NCBI GenBank assembly: GCA_963664815.2
Contig: CAXXHB010000002.1
Coordinates: 416,001-480,000 of the forward strand
Source: Spirochaetota bacterium
Lineage (GTDB): Bacteria; Spirochaetota; UBA4802; UBA5550
Length of the DNA stretch: 64,000 bases
Direction of reading: 5' to 3'
The notes under the pieces: model-generated
What the model saw: the letters and a program-made list of their open reading frames with translations, nothing else
What the model was told of the DNA's origin: nothing
Databases searched by the model: none
Shown: in pieces, positions 32,723 to 43,967 of the stretch
Layout: each line of letters starts with the position of its first letter
Numbering within the stretch: position 1 is the stretch's first letter
Translations under genes and position numbers: made by a program

Positions 32723-33052
32723 ATGATACATCTTGAGGAAAAAGAAAATGGGCTGTGCATCATTAAAGTAGTTATGCGTGAGGTTCATACCCTTGATGTT
32801 CCTGACCTTAAAGAAAAAATTCAGCAGGCAATAGTTGAGAAGGGAATTAAAAAGATGGTTCTGGACCTTTCAAATGTTAAACTTATTACAAGTACCGGTA
32901 TCGGGATTTTTTTAAATATTAACCAGATTCTGAAGTCACAATTGAGGCTTGCATGCCCTAATGAAGACGTCAAAAAAGTACTGGAACTGACGAAAGTGAC
33001 ATCTGTTATTAAATTGTATAATTCTGTTGATGATGCTCTGGCAGGTTTTTAA
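32723..33052 (+). CDS. STAS domain anti-sigma factor antagonist
   Basis: DLSNVKLITSTGIG...V.KVLELT. Confidence 0.8.
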   Translation: MIHLEEKENGLCIIKVVMREVHTLDVPDLKEKIQQAIVEKGIKKMVLDLSNVKLITSTGIGIFLNINQILKSQLRLACPNEDVKKVLELTKVTSVIKLYNSVDDALAGF

Positions 33053-33092
33053 AATATTTTTACTGTAAGGTATGCATATCCCTTAATTTATA

Positions 33093-33707
33093 TTATGTAA
33101 GGAAGGGATTCATTTTCTTCTCTGTACCCACTGTTGTTTCCGGCCCGTGACCAGAAAGAACTCTTGTATTATCCGGCAGAGTAAGTATTTTATCCTGAAT
33201 AGACGTTATCAACTCTTCATAATTTCCGCCGGGAAGATCGGTTCTCCCGATTGAAAAATTAAAGAGAGTATCCCCTGAAAATAAAATGTCATCAATTTTT
33301 ATTGAGATTGATCCCTTCGAATGCCCTGGCGTATGAAACAGTTCGAGAGTCATGTCTGCAACCTGTATTGTTCCTGCTGAAGGGAGGTTACTGTCAGGGG
33401 ATACTTTTCCCGGATCAGGTACTCCGAACATTCTGGCCTGCATTTGTACAGTTTCTATCAATTCTCTGTCCAGTTCGTTTGCATAGAATGGAACTTTAAA
33501 TTTTTCTTTTACCCTGTTTACTCCGTCAATATGGTCAATGTGACCATGGGTTGCGATTATTGCCTCTATTTCGAGCTGATCAGATACTGCTTTGACGATA
33601 AGAGGTTTAATTCCTGAGCCCGGATCGAGTATAAAGCCTTTACGGCCGTTTACAACAAGGTATGAGTTAACCATAAAGGGACCATTTGGAAGTGTATATA
33701 TATCCAT
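33093..33707 (-). CDS. MBL-fold hydrolase (glyoxalase II-like)
   Basis: THGHIDH, TPGHS, SGDTLF..SIGRTDLPGG, GHGP.T. Confidence 0.9.
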   Translation of the reverse strand: MDIYTLPNGPFMVNSYLVVNGRKGFILDPGSGIKPLIVKAVSDQLEIEAIIATHGHIDHIDGVNRVKEKFKVPFYANELDRELIETVQMQARMFGVPDPGKVSPDSNLPSAGTIQVADMTLELFHTPGHSKGSISIKIDDILFSGDTLFNFSIGRTDLPGGNYEELITSIQDKILTLPDNTRVLSGHGPETTVGTEKKMNPFLT

Positions 33708-33948
33708 TTTATTCTCTCTGTAAATTTAATGATTTGCGGCATAATAATTATATAGATTATACACAGAAACAGCACCGATGTGTCAATAGTTTAATATTCC
33801 GTTTAACTCAGCCTGACTGTTTTACCGCGGGTGAGCTAAACTACAAAAAAGTGCTTGTAAAATATATTTATATTCATAATAGCATACATGGAAATTTTTG
33901 ATTAAACTGAAGTTTTTTAAATAAATTCCTGCAGGGGGATTAAATATT

Positions 33949-36900
33949 ATGACAAAAATAAACTGGAAACAGTTTCTGAAAAAACCTGTTATTTATTCTC
34001 TGATAACGGTATTATTTTTAATATTAATTATTTTTACAACTGTTTTTACACAGACTTCAAAGAGCGAAAAGAATAAATCTTTTGATGAAGGAAAATACAG
34101 TGAACCGGCAGTTGTGGATGATTCTTTTCTGCAGGTCGTTCAGGCTACTCCGCAGGGAGATATTCCCTTTTCAGAAACACGGAGAGAGATATATGTTATG
34201 TTCAATCATCCTCTTGTTCCACTTGCAATGCTGGAAAATGAAACAAAGGGCGTTTTTTCCATTTCACCTGCTTTAAATGGAAAATTCAGGTGGTATGGCA
34301 GCCGGATATGTTCATTCAGGCCGGATGATACATGGCAGACTGGAAGTGAATATACAATAACTGTTCCACGCGGGCTTAAATCTTTAAATGGGAAAGAGTT
34401 GAAAAAAGAGTACACATTTACATTTAAATTACCGGCACCTGAACTGACAGTATATATCAGCCGAAGCGGTGGAGGATCAGATACAATTGACTATGACCAG
34501 AAATTCCAGTTGAGTTTTAATTTTCCCGTTTCGGTTGAGGATTTAAGGAAGCATCTCTCTATAAACTCGGGTTTAATAAGAAGATACCAGTATACAATTA
34601 CTCCGTTGAAAAAGAACCAGTATTATGATTATGAATATCAGGGAGAAAGCAGCAATGAGGATAATACTATTGATTATAAAAGATTTTTTATCAAGTCAAC
34701 AAAACCATTTGAACGTGATTCGGAGGTTACTGTTACAGTAAGTGACGGTCTGAAATCTCAAAATAAAATTTCAATGCTTCAGGAAGATAAAACCTCAACA
34801 TTTAATACACACGGTCCTCTGGAAGTATCGTTTGATCATAATGCCACACACTTCCAGCAGATCTGGTCTTCTCACATTTCATTCAACAACAAGGTTGATG
34901 TGAAAAAAGCACTTCAGGCAATAAAGTTTTCGCCGGATGTCAAATTTACAGGGGATGTATACGGAGAAAACCTGACCAGTTTTTACTTTAGAATGTGGGA
35001 TATTAAACCGGGCGTTGATTATAAAATAACAGTCAACAAATTCAGCGATATTTACGGGAATATGCTTAAAGAGAAGGGTGAGTTTTCATTCAAAGCTCCG
35101 GATTATGCTCCGGAGTATTCAATAGAAAATGACATGAATCTTATTGAGGCGGAATCCGGGCACAAGCTTCCGCTGGATGTCATCAATATTCAGAAATTTA
35201 AAGTTCTGTACGGGAAATATACAATAGATGACCTGCAGGAGGAGATATCATCCGGGCGCAATGATTTCAGACTTGCAGACAAGATAAATCTTAAAGATTC
35301 CGAATGGAACACAGGACTGACGAATAATACAGGTGGGAAAATAGGTTTTGATATCTCAAATTATCTTTCAGGGGGAAAATACGGCTGGTTTGCTTTCAGG
35401 TTTAAGGCTAACATCTATGATTCGTGGGAGAAGAAGTACAAGGAGCAGGTTACAGACCAGATTATTCAGTCTACGGATTTTGCGGTTATCGTGAAGGAAG
35501 ACTTCGGGAAATTTTATTTCTGGGTGAATTCTCTTTCAGGCGGCGGCCCCTGTAAAGCTGTTAAAATTGAAGTATATAATAAAAAAGATAAAACGGGGAG
35601 CGCTGTTACCGACACCGGCGGATTCTGTGAAATATCCAAAAAGAATGGTGTAATAGATAATGATGTAATATTTTTTGTATCTGATGCTAAAGGTGATATG
35701 GCATACCTTACAGGGAGAGAGAATGCTGTGTCAATGTACGGACTTGGTGATTTCAGCGCCGGAGCCCATGCGAAGACAATAAGGGGTCAGGTAATATTCG
35801 ACAGGAAGCTGTACAGGCCGGGTGACCAGGTTTTCTTCAAGGGGATATTTGCTGAAAAAACCGGCGGAAAGCTTACTCCTCTTGCCGGTGAAAAAGTGAA
35901 GGTCTCTATTGCGGATTCTTCCGGCGAAGATATTTATTCCGAAGAGATAAAAAGCAGTGAAAATGGCGGAGTCTGGGGGAATTATATTATCCCTGCAGAT
36001 GCCAAACTCGGTCATTACAACGTATTTTTTAAAACAAATGGCAGCAATATAAGTGATACCTTCCAGGTGGAGGAGTTCAGGCCTGTTTCATTCTCGGTTG
36101 ATATAGACGGGATGAATAATGCCAGGAGCGGAGAAAAAGTTTATCTGACAGTGGAAGGAAAATACCTGTTCGGTGCCCCTATGAGCCAGGCACCTGTTTC
36201 ATACAGTATTTCAAGGACAAAGAAAAGCATTTCGTTTGAAAACTTTTCCGGATTTACTTTCGGAGACAACCTGTACTGGTATAATGAAGAGACAAGCCAG
36301 TCAGGAACAGGATACTATTCGGGGGCTGAAGGTAAACTTAACGCGGCGGGGAAACTGGGGATAAATGTTGAATTGAAACCGATGGAACTGGTTGAAAAAA
36401 TAAACAGCCCTGAATCAAAATTTACCATGAGCGATCCCTATGACCTGAATATAGAAGCAACAGTTCGTGATATTGACGAAAAATCTGTTGCGGGTAGAGG
36501 GAGTTTTTCCGTTTTTCCCGGAAGTTTTCTCATAGGGTTAAAAATTCATAACAGTTATCAGAGTTATAAAGACGAGTTCAGCTTTGATATTGTTGCGGCA
36601 TCAAACAGTGGAGGACCAGTATCGGGAAAGAATGCCGAGATAAGAATTGTAAAGAATGAATGGAAAACAATACACACTAAAGGTCCGCAGGGGAGCCTCC
36701 AGGTAAAAAACACACTGGAGAAAAAGATAGTACATCGTCAGGATATTACCCTCTCCAGCAAACCTGAAACAGTTGCATATAGGCCGGTATCTCCCGGAAC
36801 CTATACTGTTACGGTGCAGGAAAAGGGTGGTATGGCTTATTCTCGAACAGGGTTTTATGCATATGGCGGGGAATCCGGCGCATGGGGATACAATGATGAT

Positions 36901-39855
36901 GATTCAATAACCATGATTCCTGATAAAACCAGTTATATTCCCGGTGAAACTGCGAGGGTGCTCATTCAATCACCATTTAAAAACTGCAAAGCGATTATAA
37001 CGCTTGAAAGAGAAACGATATACTGGCAGAAAACAATAATCCTTGACGGTAAGGGTACGCCGGTAGAAGTCCCGATAATGGAGGAGTATACTCCCAATGT
37101 CTATCTCAGTGTTATGATTGTACGGCCGAGAGTTAAACTCGACGCGGGGGTATCTGAGGATGCGAAGAAAAACTTTGATGATAATGACCTTGGTGTTCCG
37201 CGGTTTAAGGCCGGGATGACACAGCTTAATATAAGCACAAAATCCAAAAATGCGAAACTGAATATAGAAACGGAGAAAGAACACTATACACCAGGTGAAA
37301 AAATAAAGCTTAAAATATACTCTGAACCTGGTGCGGAAATTGCAGTTTCTGTAGCAGACAGGGGTGTCCTTGATCTTATAAACTATATGTTTGAAAACCC
37401 AATTAAGAATTTCTATAGTCTCTATCCTCTTGGAGTAAGGATATTTCATAATATGAACCTTATAATAAAACAGTATAAATATGCCTTAAAGGGGGGAAAG
37501 CCGGGCGGCGGTGATGATGGTTACAGCGGTGAGGGTAGTGGTGGATTTAATCTTAAAAACGAGGACGGGACAAGAAGCGATATAAGGTACACCGCATACT
37601 GGAACCCGAAAATTATCGCTGACAGCAAAGGTTACGCCGAAGTTGAATTTAAACTCCCTGATAATCTGACAACGTTCAGAGTAATGGCACTTGCGGCATC
37701 GGGGGCAAAATATAAAGAGTTTAAAAAGGAATTCAAGGTCAGGAAGGCTATGGTTATCCAGAAGAGCGTGCCGAGGTTTATAAGGTGCGGGGATAAAATC
37801 ATGATCGGTGCTGTTATAATTAACCAGACAGGTATAAGTGGAAAATTCAAAATATCTATAGAAGGTGATATGCTGAAAATAGATTCCGCCATGAAGAGTA
37901 TAATGGTTAAACCAGGAGAGGCGAAAGAAGTTCTCTTCACTGTATCTGCAGATATAAAAAAATACTCGGTTCTCAACAGAGCTATAGTTAACGATATAAG
38001 AAGCGGAAAGCAGAATATTGATAAAATTATCAAAAACAGGGGATACCTTACAGTGGAGCCGGAAAACATGGAACAGTTTTCAAAGGCTGGATTTGAAAAG
38101 AGTGATGTCAGAGACAGGCTGTTCTATGAATTCCCTGTGAAAGAGGAAAAGCCTGAAGAGGCATTTACCATAACGGGATTCACCGATGGAAACTACTCGG
38201 AGATGATAAAGATTCCTTCTGAAACAGAAATATTTCCGGAGTTTGGAGGACTCAATCTTAAGCTTTCAGCTACTGCTCTTATCGGACTTGAAAAGGGTTT
38301 CACTTTTTATGAAAGCAACCCGTACTTCTGTCTGGAACAGAGGGCATCTGCATTTTTACTTACGATATCTGCAGGGAAACTTCTAAAGGAATTTTCATTC
38401 AGGCCTCCAGACAAGAGCAGTTACGATTTTGATAATATAGAACAGCTTTTTCTTGGAGAACTGAAAGATTTCAGAAATGCCGATGGCGGGTTCAGGCTAT
38501 GGAAGGATTCAAAAGGGTATGCAGGTGAACACAGCAACCCGTATCTTACAGCATATGTTAATTTTGTACTGATTACTGCAAAGAATAAGGGATACAAGAT
38601 TGATAATGAAATTCTTGCAGGTGCAATAAACTACCTGAAAGAGTATATGAAAAATCCTGAGCGTGAAGGATACAGTTATATACTTGAGACATTTGCCTTT
38701 GTCAATTATACTTTTTCGATAGGGGGATTAAAAGATCAGTTTCTGACGAAAGTTCTTCTTGAAAAGAAAAATCTTCTATCTGCCAGATCAAAGGGATACC
38801 TGGCTCTGACACTTGCACTGCAGCGGGGAATAAAAAACTGCAATGAAGATGCGGACATCAAGTCAATAATGGATTCTTTCAAAAACAGCATGGAGATAAC
38901 TACAAGGAAAGTGTCATTTAAGGAAAGTGGCAGCGGGGCATATATGAGGGCGTTTTATTCTGACGGCTCGGCATTAGGAGTGATTCTTCTTTCTATGATA
39001 AAACTTGATAAGGATAATCCTCTTATCCCGAATATTGTGAATTACATTATCAGTTCCAGGGAGCATGATTATTGGGGGAATACACAAAGTATAGCAGCTA
39101 TTGCGCTTGCCCTTGATGAGTACCGTAATACGTATGAACTTACAGGTGACAAGTCGAAGGAGTTTAATGCAATGGTTCTTGTAAATTCAAAAGAGATTTT
39201 AAAGAATACTTTAAAGGTGGATAATCTGAATGCGTTAAGCAGCAATATTTCTTACGATTCACTTTACTCCAAAGGGAAGAGCGGCGTTAACCTTCCGCTT
39301 GAATTCAGGAAAGATGGAACCGGCGGCAGGCTCTACTATTTTGCAACATTGCAGTATCAGCCGGTGCTTACAAAGGTATTGCCACGGGATGAAGGAATTG
39401 AGGTAAGGAGAACGCTTTATGATCTCTCGACTGCAACCGAGAAAAATATTTACGGCAACGAGATAAAGAACAACCTGAAAAGGGGTGAAGTATATTTGTG
39501 CAGAATTACCATTGTAAATCCGAAGCCTTATTATAATGCAGTTATTATTGATCCTCTTCCCTCGAATGTCGAAATACTGAACAGCAGTTTTGCAACTGAA
39601 AAGAAAAATATAATGCCTGGATCAAAAAGCAGGGATTATGATTACTGGTACAGTTCGTCAAACCAGGTTACTGAATACAGAGACGACAAAGTTGTTATAA
39701 CCGAAGAGTACCTTTATCCGGGGATGCATGAATACAGCTATCTTATCAGGCCGACAAATAAAGGGGAGGCGAGAATGCCTGCTGCCGGAGCGAAGCTGAT
39801 GTATGAACCGGAGATTTTTGGAAGGACAGGAAGTTCAAGTTTAACAGTAGACTGA
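33949..39855 (+). CDS. Bacterial alpha-2-macroglobulin
   Basis: DRKLYRPG, FQVEEFRP, LPDNLTTFRV, CLEQ thioester motif, MYEPE C-terminus; N-terminal membrane anchor. Confidence 0.92.
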   Translation: MTKINWKQFLKKPVIYSLITVLFLILIIFTTVFTQTSKSEKNKSFDEGKYSEPAVVDDSFLQVVQATPQGDIPFSETRREIYVMFNHPLVPLAMLENETKGVFSISPALNGKFRWYGSRICSFRPDDTWQTGSEYTITVPRGLKSLNGKELKKEYTFTFKLPAPELTVYISRSGGGSDTIDYDQKFQLSFNFPVSVEDLRKHLSINSGLIRRYQYTITPLKKNQYYDYEYQGESSNEDNTIDYKRFFIKSTKPFERDSEVTVTVSDGLKSQNKISMLQEDKTSTFNTHGPLEVSFDHNATHFQQIWSSHISFNNKVDVKKALQAIKFSPDVKFTGDVYGENLTSFYFRMWDIKPGVDYKITVNKFSDIYGNMLKEKGEFSFKAPDYAPEYSIENDMNLIEAESGHKLPLDVINIQKFKVLYGKYTIDDLQEEISSGRNDFRLADKINLKDSEWNTGLTNNTGGKIGFDISNYLSGGKYGWFAFRFKANIYDSWEKKYKEQVTDQIIQSTDFAVIVKEDFGKFYFWVNSLSGGGPCKAVKIEVYNKKDKTGSAVTDTGGFCEISKKNGVIDNDVIFFVSDAKGDMAYLTGRENAVSMYGLGDFSAGAHAKTIRGQVIFDRKLYRPGDQVFFKGIFAEKTGGKLTPLAGEKVKVSIADSSGEDIYSEEIKSSENGGVWGNYIIPADAKLGHYNVFFKTNGSNISDTFQVEEFRPVSFSVDIDGMNNARSGEKVYLTVEGKYLFGAPMSQAPVSYSISRTKKSISFENFSGFTFGDNLYWYNEETSQSGTGYYSGAEGKLNAAGKLGINVELKPMELVEKINSPESKFTMSDPYDLNIEATVRDIDEKSVAGRGSFSVFPGSFLIGLKIHNSYQSYKDEFSFDIVAASNSGGPVSGKNAEIRIVKNEWKTIHTKGPQGSLQVKNTLEKKIVHRQDITLSSKPETVAYRPVSPGTYTVTVQEKGGMAYSRTGFYAYGGESGAWGYNDDDSITMIPDKTSYIPGETARVLIQSPFKNCKAIITLERETIYWQKTIILDGKGTPVEVPIMEEYTPNVYLSVMIVRPRVKLDAGVSEDAKKNFDDNDLGVPRFKAGMTQLNISTKSKNAKLNIETEKEHYTPGEKIKLKIYSEPGAEIAVSVADRGVLDLINYMFENPIKNFYSLYPLGVRIFHNMNLIIKQYKYALKGGKPGGGDDGYSGEGSGGFNLKNEDGTRSDIRYTAYWNPKIIADSKGYAEVEFKLPDNLTTFRVMALAASGAKYKEFKKEFKVRKAMVIQKSVPRFIRCGDKIMIGAVIINQTGISGKFKISIEGDMLKIDSAMKSIMVKPGEAKEVLFTVSADIKKYSVLNRAIVNDIRSGKQNIDKIIKNRGYLTVEPENMEQFSKAGFEKSDVRDRLFYEFPVKEEKPEEAFTITGFTDGNYSEMIKIPSETEIFPEFGGLNLKLSATALIGLEKGFTFYESNPYFCLEQRASAFLLTISAGKLLKEFSFRPPDKSSYDFDNIEQLFLGELKDFRNADGGFRLWKDSKGYAGEHSNPYLTAYVNFVLITAKNKGYKIDNEILAGAINYLKEYMKNPEREGYSYILETFAFVNYTFSIGGLKDQFLTKVLLEKKNLLSARSKGYLALTLALQRGIKNCNEDADIKSIMDSFKNSMEITTRKVSFKESGSGAYMRAFYSDGSALGVILLSMIKLDKDNPLIPNIVNYIISSREHDYWGNTQSIAAIALALDEYRNTYELTGDKSKEFNAMVLVNSKEILKNTLKVDNLNALSSNISYDSLYSKGKSGVNLPLEFRKDGTGGRLYYFATLQYQPVLTKVLPRDEGIEVRRTLYDLSTATEKNIYGNEIKNNLKRGEVYLCRITIVNPKPYYNAVIIDPLPSNVEILNSSFATEKKNIMPGSKSRDYDYWYSSSNQVTEYRDDKVVITEEYLYPGMHEYSYLIRPTNKGEARMPAAGAKLMYEPEIFGRTGSSSLTVD

Positions 39856-39874
39856 GATACGCTCCCGGCAGTTA

Positions 39875-42139
39875 ATGCAAAACTACCGGGTAAAAATATC
39901 CCAAGCAGGAAAAATGAGAAATTATTTAAAGTTTTTTTTAAGGCGGTTAGCTGACCAGAAGTACCATATATTGTTTTTTTTTATTTTCTCTGTTTTTATT
40001 TTTTTTGCTCTACCTGTTCCAGGAGAAAGGCTGAAAGGGGAGGGTTCTTTCCGGATATTTTCACAGGAGGGTAATCTTCTGAGGGAGTTCTGTTCTCCTG
40101 AAGGGAACCATTCAATCTGGATAGAGATTGATGATTTTCCCGAAGAACTTGTGAAAGAGGTAATCAGGGCCGAGGATAAAAGGTTTTTTATTCATTGCGG
40201 GTTTGATCCTTTGGCAGTTTTGCGTGCTGCAATGCAGGATATAAGACACAGGAAAATTGTTTCCGGCGGATCGACAATTACCCAGCAGTTTGTAAGAGTT
40301 GCTTACAGGGATATTCTGCCTTCAGACATCTTATTGAAAAAAATCTGTGAAATTATACTTGCCGTAAAAGTGGAATTTCACTATCCAAAAAAGAGGATAC
40401 TGGAATGCTACCTGAATCGCATACCCTTGCGATTCAACCAGAAAGGAATACCATCGGCAGCACAGCGGATATTCGGTCGTGACGTAAGGTTTCTGTCGAG
40501 GGAGGAGCAGGCGGCTATTATTGTCCTTATAAGGGAAAACCAGCCGTCCCGTGAAAGTTTCAGAAAGAGGATGAGCAATATCCTGAGTGAAACGGGAAAT
40601 AAATCATTCAGCACCGGAGAAATAGAAAAGAAAGTATTCAGCCTTTCGGGATATTCATACAATAACGAGAACTCTTATACCCCCCACTTCGAAACTTTTT
40701 TAAAATCGGTTGTCAGGAGTGGAAGCGGGGACATTGCCTCGTCAATATCCAATAACCTGAACCGGCATATCAGCGCGATAATAAATTCCGAACTGAAATT
40801 TATTACTCCATACAATGTTGAGAACTGTTCGGTTGTGGTTCTCAAACTGCCGGAAAAAGGGGGGACGAAGACAGATCTTGTTGCAATGGTTGGTTCGCAG
40901 AATTTTCATGGAAAGATATCAGGACAGGTAAATGGCTGTATTACAATACGTTCCGCAGGGAGTACATTAAAACCGTTTCTTTACGGTTATTCAATGGATA
41001 AACTTGGATACAGGCCTTATACAATATTAAATGATACGCCTCTTTCCATCAGCGCAGGCGACAATGTGACATACACACCAAAGAACAATGATATGACATA
41101 CTGGGGGCCGATCCCTCTCAGGGAGGCCCTTGCATGTTCCAGAAATATTCCTGCAATTGATATTGTGAATAAGGCGGGAGTTGAGAATTTTTATCTGTTT
41201 CTCGGTGAGTGTGGTTTCAGCCATATGAAGAGAGAACCGTCATATTACGGTCCGGGACTTGCACTTGGGACAGGCGGAGCTTCACTGCTTCAGCTGGCAA
41301 GGGCATATGCCGGTATTGCAAATGGCGGTGTTCTTCTTCCTGTTTATATAGGAAGAGATGATAATGGAGATGATATTCTGTTCGGGAGAGGGGGAAAAAT
41401 TCTGACAGAGGCTTCGGCATACAGACTGATACACATTCTGTCTGACAGGGAGGCCAGAAGGCGGGCTTTTGGAAGGAGAAATTTTCTCGACTTTCCATTT
41501 GATGTTGCTGCAAAGACCGGTACTTCAAAAGACTGCCGGGATGCATGGACTGTTGGTTTTACTGATAAATATGTTGTCGGAGTGTGGGTAGGAAATTTTT
41601 CAGGGGAGCAGATGAATGGAGTTTCAGGGGGATGGGGTGCCGGAAGAATTTTTCATCAGGTAATAAGGCTTTTAACCATGAAGGAGAATCCTGTTTTCTC
41701 TTTCCCGGACAGTTTCAATAAAGTACGATTCTGCCGAAGGACAGGAAAGATAGCCGGGGAGAACTGTCCATTCAATATGGAACTTGCAGATTCTTCAGAC
41801 AGTTTTCCCGGAGTCTGTAACAGCTGCAAACCGGGAGATGCATATGGTATTGCATTTTATGCAGCATCGGGTAAAGCGGAAATACTCTCTCCGGTTCAGG
41901 GTGAATCTTTCATTATTGATCCAATGGTGTCTTTAAAAAATCAGCTTGTGCCGTTAAAAATTTCCACAGGTGATAAAAAGGGTGATGCCAACAGTTATTT
42001 TTATCGTATTGATAACGGCGGGATAGTCAGTCTGAAGGGAAATGTGGAGAAAAACCTTGACCTTAAAAAAGGAAGGCACAGAATAGAAATATTTAGAAAT
42101 ACTGAAACCATTCAGGCTGTTGAATTTTCAGTTGAATAA
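39875..42139 (+). CDS. pbpC: Penicillin-binding protein 1C
   Basis: EDKRF, GGSTITQQ transglycosylase motifs; STLK, SRN, KTGT transpeptidase motifs; directly downstream of A2M. Confidence 0.9.
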   Translation: MQNYRVKISQAGKMRNYLKFFLRRLADQKYHILFFFIFSVFIFFALPVPGERLKGEGSFRIFSQEGNLLREFCSPEGNHSIWIEIDDFPEELVKEVIRAEDKRFFIHCGFDPLAVLRAAMQDIRHRKIVSGGSTITQQFVRVAYRDILPSDILLKKICEIILAVKVEFHYPKKRILECYLNRIPLRFNQKGIPSAAQRIFGRDVRFLSREEQAAIIVLIRENQPSRESFRKRMSNILSETGNKSFSTGEIEKKVFSLSGYSYNNENSYTPHFETFLKSVVRSGSGDIASSISNNLNRHISAIINSELKFITPYNVENCSVVVLKLPEKGGTKTDLVAMVGSQNFHGKISGQVNGCITIRSAGSTLKPFLYGYSMDKLGYRPYTILNDTPLSISAGDNVTYTPKNNDMTYWGPIPLREALACSRNIPAIDIVNKAGVENFYLFLGECGFSHMKREPSYYGPGLALGTGGASLLQLARAYAGIANGGVLLPVYIGRDDNGDDILFGRGGKILTEASAYRLIHILSDREARRRAFGRRNFLDFPFDVAAKTGTSKDCRDAWTVGFTDKYVVGVWVGNFSGEQMNGVSGGWGAGRIFHQVIRLLTMKENPVFSFPDSFNKVRFCRRTGKIAGENCPFNMELADSSDSFPGVCNSCKPGDAYGIAFYAASGKAEILSPVQGESFIIDPMVSLKNQLVPLKISTGDKKGDANSYFYRIDNGGIVSLKGNVEKNLDLKKGRHRIEIFRNTETIQAVEFSVE

Positions 42140-43865
42140 TATCATGTGCAGGAATCGCGAGACAAATAAATTTTCAGGTATGCTTATATCATTAATTATT
42201 ATAATGATGTATGGTCTCTCTGTTACTGTTTATTCCGGCTATCCAGGACCGGGAATTATACTGAATTCATTTTTATCTTTATCCGCTATTGTATCAGTTC
42301 CATTGTATATTATTTTTTATAACAGGAAGAAACAGAAAGCAGCAGAGACTACTGTAATTTTTTTTACTGTTGTAAACAGTCTTTACATTTTCATTGCGGG
42401 AGAAGTCTGGATAATTTTTAAAACAGATATCACTTTTTCCGTTACGTTTTTTATCCTTGAAAATGCAGGAATACTCATTTCAGATATAAAATCTGTTATA
42501 TTTCTTATTTCCCCTTTTCATCTTGGGTTCTTTCTGTTAATATCCGCAGCTGTGATTGTGTTTATTTTTTATACTGAAAAGAATGGATCATGGATAGATT
42601 TTATTCCTGATAAGGTTGTATACGTTTTTTTTATCATTCCTGCACTTGTGCTGATAATCAATTCAGCTGCTGGCACTTTTGTGGATATCAGCGGGAAAGA
42701 AAATGAATTCCATGGCATAAATTTTTCAAAGTACGCGAAAAAAAAATATGCCGGGGAGGGCCATTTCAGAAAAAGATTCGGGTTCAATATTTCGGGAAAT
42801 CCGGATATTGTGGTATTCATTCTTGAAAGTGTTGGAGCTGATTATGCTGATTTAAAAAGTACAGATGTTTTCGGACGGAGTGAGCATACGCTTAATATAG
42901 ATAATTTCTTCGTACCTGTACCACATACCTCAAATTCTATATATTCCCTGATAACAGGAAATTATAGCGACTATCGTGTAAGGCAGAGGCTTTCACGGGA
43001 TGATATAATGAATTCTCTTCCGGCGGTATTGAAAAAAACAGGCTATAAATCATACTTTTTATACTCTGGTCCGGTTTATTTTGAAGATATTAATTACATA
43101 CTTGATGGTGCTGGATTTGAAGTATTTGATATGGAATACTTTAAAACAAAAACAGATCCGGCAACGGGTCTGCCATACAACTCTTTTTCATGGGGAGTTG
43201 AAGATATGGCAATTCTGAATGAAATACCATCAATATTGGCAGGGAAATCATATCCTGTTTTTTTATGTATTGGTTTCTCTTCAACTCATTCCCCTTATTT
43301 TAATCCTGTTCCAGGAAAATTCAACAGGTATGATAACAGTACTGCTGAAGGGCGTTACAGAAACTGTATAGAATATGAACTGGATGTTGCAGCACAGATT
43401 GTTAAACTGATGAAAGGGAGAAACCGGAACACAATTTTTATCATTACAGGTGACCATGGTGAATCCTTTGGGGAGTATGGGTATCTGCGGCACGGTTTTT
43501 CTCTCTACAACACGGAGATAAAAGTTCCATTTAGTATGAACCATCCGCTGCTTTCAAATGTAAAAACACCTGATGCCGGGTCTATACTCGACATATATCC
43601 GACGCTGCTTGATCTGCTTGGTATTGAACAGCCTGTGGAAGTAAACGGTAAATCGCTTTTCAGCTACGGCTACAGTCTTAACCTTTTTTTGAGGTCATGG
43701 AAAACCGGTGAAAGCAGGGGGATGATTCATGGCAACACAAAGTTTTTATATAATAAAAACTCAGACATTCTTTATGAAATGGATATAATGGATAATATAA
43801 AAAGCAGCATTTCAGTTTCAGCAGAGAAAAATTCTTTTATACGCTTTCTGGATAAACAATATTGA
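42120..43865 (+). CDS. LTA synthase / sulfatase family membrane protein
   Basis: 5 N-terminal TM helices; ILES, THSPY, GDHGE, DIYPT motifs. Confidence 0.82.
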   Translation: MNFQLNNIMCRNRETNKFSGMLISLIIIMMYGLSVTVYSGYPGPGIILNSFLSLSAIVSVPLYIIFYNRKKQKAAETTVIFFTVVNSLYIFIAGEVWIIFKTDITFSVTFFILENAGILISDIKSVIFLISPFHLGFFLLISAAVIVFIFYTEKNGSWIDFIPDKVVYVFFIIPALVLIINSAAGTFVDISGKENEFHGINFSKYAKKKYAGEGHFRKRFGFNISGNPDIVVFILESVGADYADLKSTDVFGRSEHTLNIDNFFVPVPHTSNSIYSLITGNYSDYRVRQRLSRDDIMNSLPAVLKKTGYKSYFLYSGPVYFEDINYILDGAGFEVFDMEYFKTKTDPATGLPYNSFSWGVEDMAILNEIPSILAGKSYPVFLCIGFSSTHSPYFNPVPGKFNRYDNSTAEGRYRNCIEYELDVAAQIVKLMKGRNRNTIFIITGDHGESFGEYGYLRHGFSLYNTEIKVPFSMNHPLLSNVKTPDAGSILDIYPTLLDLLGIEQPVEVNGKSLFSYGYSLNLFLRSWKTGESRGMIHGNTKFLYNKNSDILYEMDIMDNIKSSISVSAEKNSFIRFLDKQY

Positions 43866-43892
43866 TGATTTTAATCAAAGTTATATTAATAA

Positions 43893-43921
43893 AAAAGACC
43901 AGCCTTTTTATGAGGCTGGTC
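43893..43921. terminator. Intrinsic terminator (U-tract on the minus strand)
   Basis: GACCAGCCT-ttttatg-AGGCTGGTC hairpin preceded by an A-tract on +. Confidence 0.7.
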
Positions 43922-43967
43922 ACAGACTTTCAATTAAGGAGGTTTTATGAGTAAGACTTATGATACC

